Shown here: one piece after another, positions 44,916 to 45,708 of the stretch
Numbering within the stretch: position 1 is the stretch's first letter
Layout: each line of letters starts with the position of its first letter
DNA from: an uncultured Methanosarcinaceae archaeon
GTDB taxonomy: Archaea; Halobacteriota; Methanosarcinia; Methanosarcinales; Methanosarcinaceae
DNA length: 45,708 nt
Direction: 5' to 3'
NCBI GenBank assembly: GCA_963721455.1
Contig: CAVRJG010000013.1
Location: 1-45,708, forward strand
Made by a program: the position numbers and the translations under genes
Notes under the pieces: model-generated
What the model saw: the letters and a program-made list of their open reading frames with translations, nothing else
Database searches by the model: none
What the model was told of the DNA's origin: nothing

Positions 44916-45245
44916 ATGATAGAAATAACAGACAGAGCTGCGACAGAGCTTAAATCTTTATTCGACAAAGAAGGGATCGCGCAACCAGCGATACGGATCT
45001 ATATAGCTGGGTCAGGTGCAGACGTTCAATATGGATTAGCACTTGCTGATGACATAAATGAAAATGATGCAATCATGGAGAACAATGGTATCAAGATCGT
45101 CATGTCATCATACGTGGAGGCTGGTTTTTCTGATGGTAGCATTGATTTCATAGCTAGCAGAACAGGTAAAAATTTCATAATACAAAATGCTAATTCTGAC
45201 ACCTGTAACAACTGCGAAGAATGTGACATATGCGATGCAGATTAA
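44916..45245 (+). CDS. HesB/IscA family protein
   Basis: MIEITDRAATELK...IRIYIAG...YGLAL...GSIDF...FIIQN; Cys-rich tail. Confidence 0.85.
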   Translation: MIEITDRAATELKSLFDKEGIAQPAIRIYIAGSGADVQYGLALADDINENDAIMENNGIKIVMSSYVEAGFSDGSIDFIASRTGKNFIIQNANSDTCNNCEECDICDAD

Positions 45246-45353
45246 AATTTTGAACAAGCTTTATGAATGCAATAACCATATTCTTCTGGCTTGATACAAC
45301 GCCTGTCTGGAGGAATACACAGAGGTTATTTCAGTCGAATACCCCGCAGCTTG

Positions 45354-45708
45354 GAGGCTGTCCGACAATTACTGCTAGTAATGAGATAAAATGTCTGCTG
45401 GTAAATTGGAACTTTTTTATGAGATTTTTTTCTATTTCTTATTACTCAAGTCTTAAAGTGAAAAGTTCCATTTATTCCATTTCTCTTTCTAATTATCTCG
45501 TTTTTATTTGAGTAAATCCATATTTTCTTTAAGTTAACTGCTGTACATACCAAATTAAATTCATTTCTGACTGATTTTATTCCCCTTGTGAGAAATTCTC
45601 TAAACCCAAGATTCTCTTTATAGTTTCCAATTGCAGGTTCTACTACCTGCTGCCTTTGTCTGAATATTTCTTTTGCTTCTTCTGTTTTCATTTTATCTGC
45701 TAATTGCT
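45354..45708 (-). mobile_element. IS1182 family element, 3' part (transposase C-terminus 45446 to window end)
   Basis: RQRQQVVEPAIGNYKENLGFREFLTRG...EFNLVCTAVNLKK; terminal GAGGCTGTCCGACAAT. Confidence 0.85.

Overview
Methanosarcina-like (methanogenic archaeal) accessory chromosomal region, densely colonised by insertion sequences and MITEs. The left part holds two nested IS stacks: an ISH8-like IS4 element broken by an IS256-like element and an IS1634-type MITE, and an IS1634 element carrying ISAzo13 that splits a DUF166 gene. Around them lie DUF1699, hcp, a ferredoxin and a wHTH gene, followed by an IS66-family transposase with an in-frame amber codon. The centre holds a large multi-PAS/GAF HisKA_2 kinase convergent on a CheB-CheR-PAS fusion, a small ferredoxin missed by the ORF track (ATA at the start position), an ArsR-type regulator with a 66-aa Cys protein and a CoA-binding protein, an NLR-like P-loop + 11x TPR gene, a direct-repeat-flanked GMC oxidoreductase cassette and a SNF2/SWIM pair. 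The right part holds a complete ORF-less group II intron with intact EBS1-IBS1 pairing, a DsrEFH-like trio with an HTH/Fe-S protein, DUF169 and IS1 pseudogenes, CxxC-x17-CxxC and HesB genes, and an IS1182 end. Many single-base insertions between about 18 and 35 kb look like sequencing indels. No CRISPR, rRNA or tRNA was seen. All family assignments are from motif recognition by eye, not database searches.
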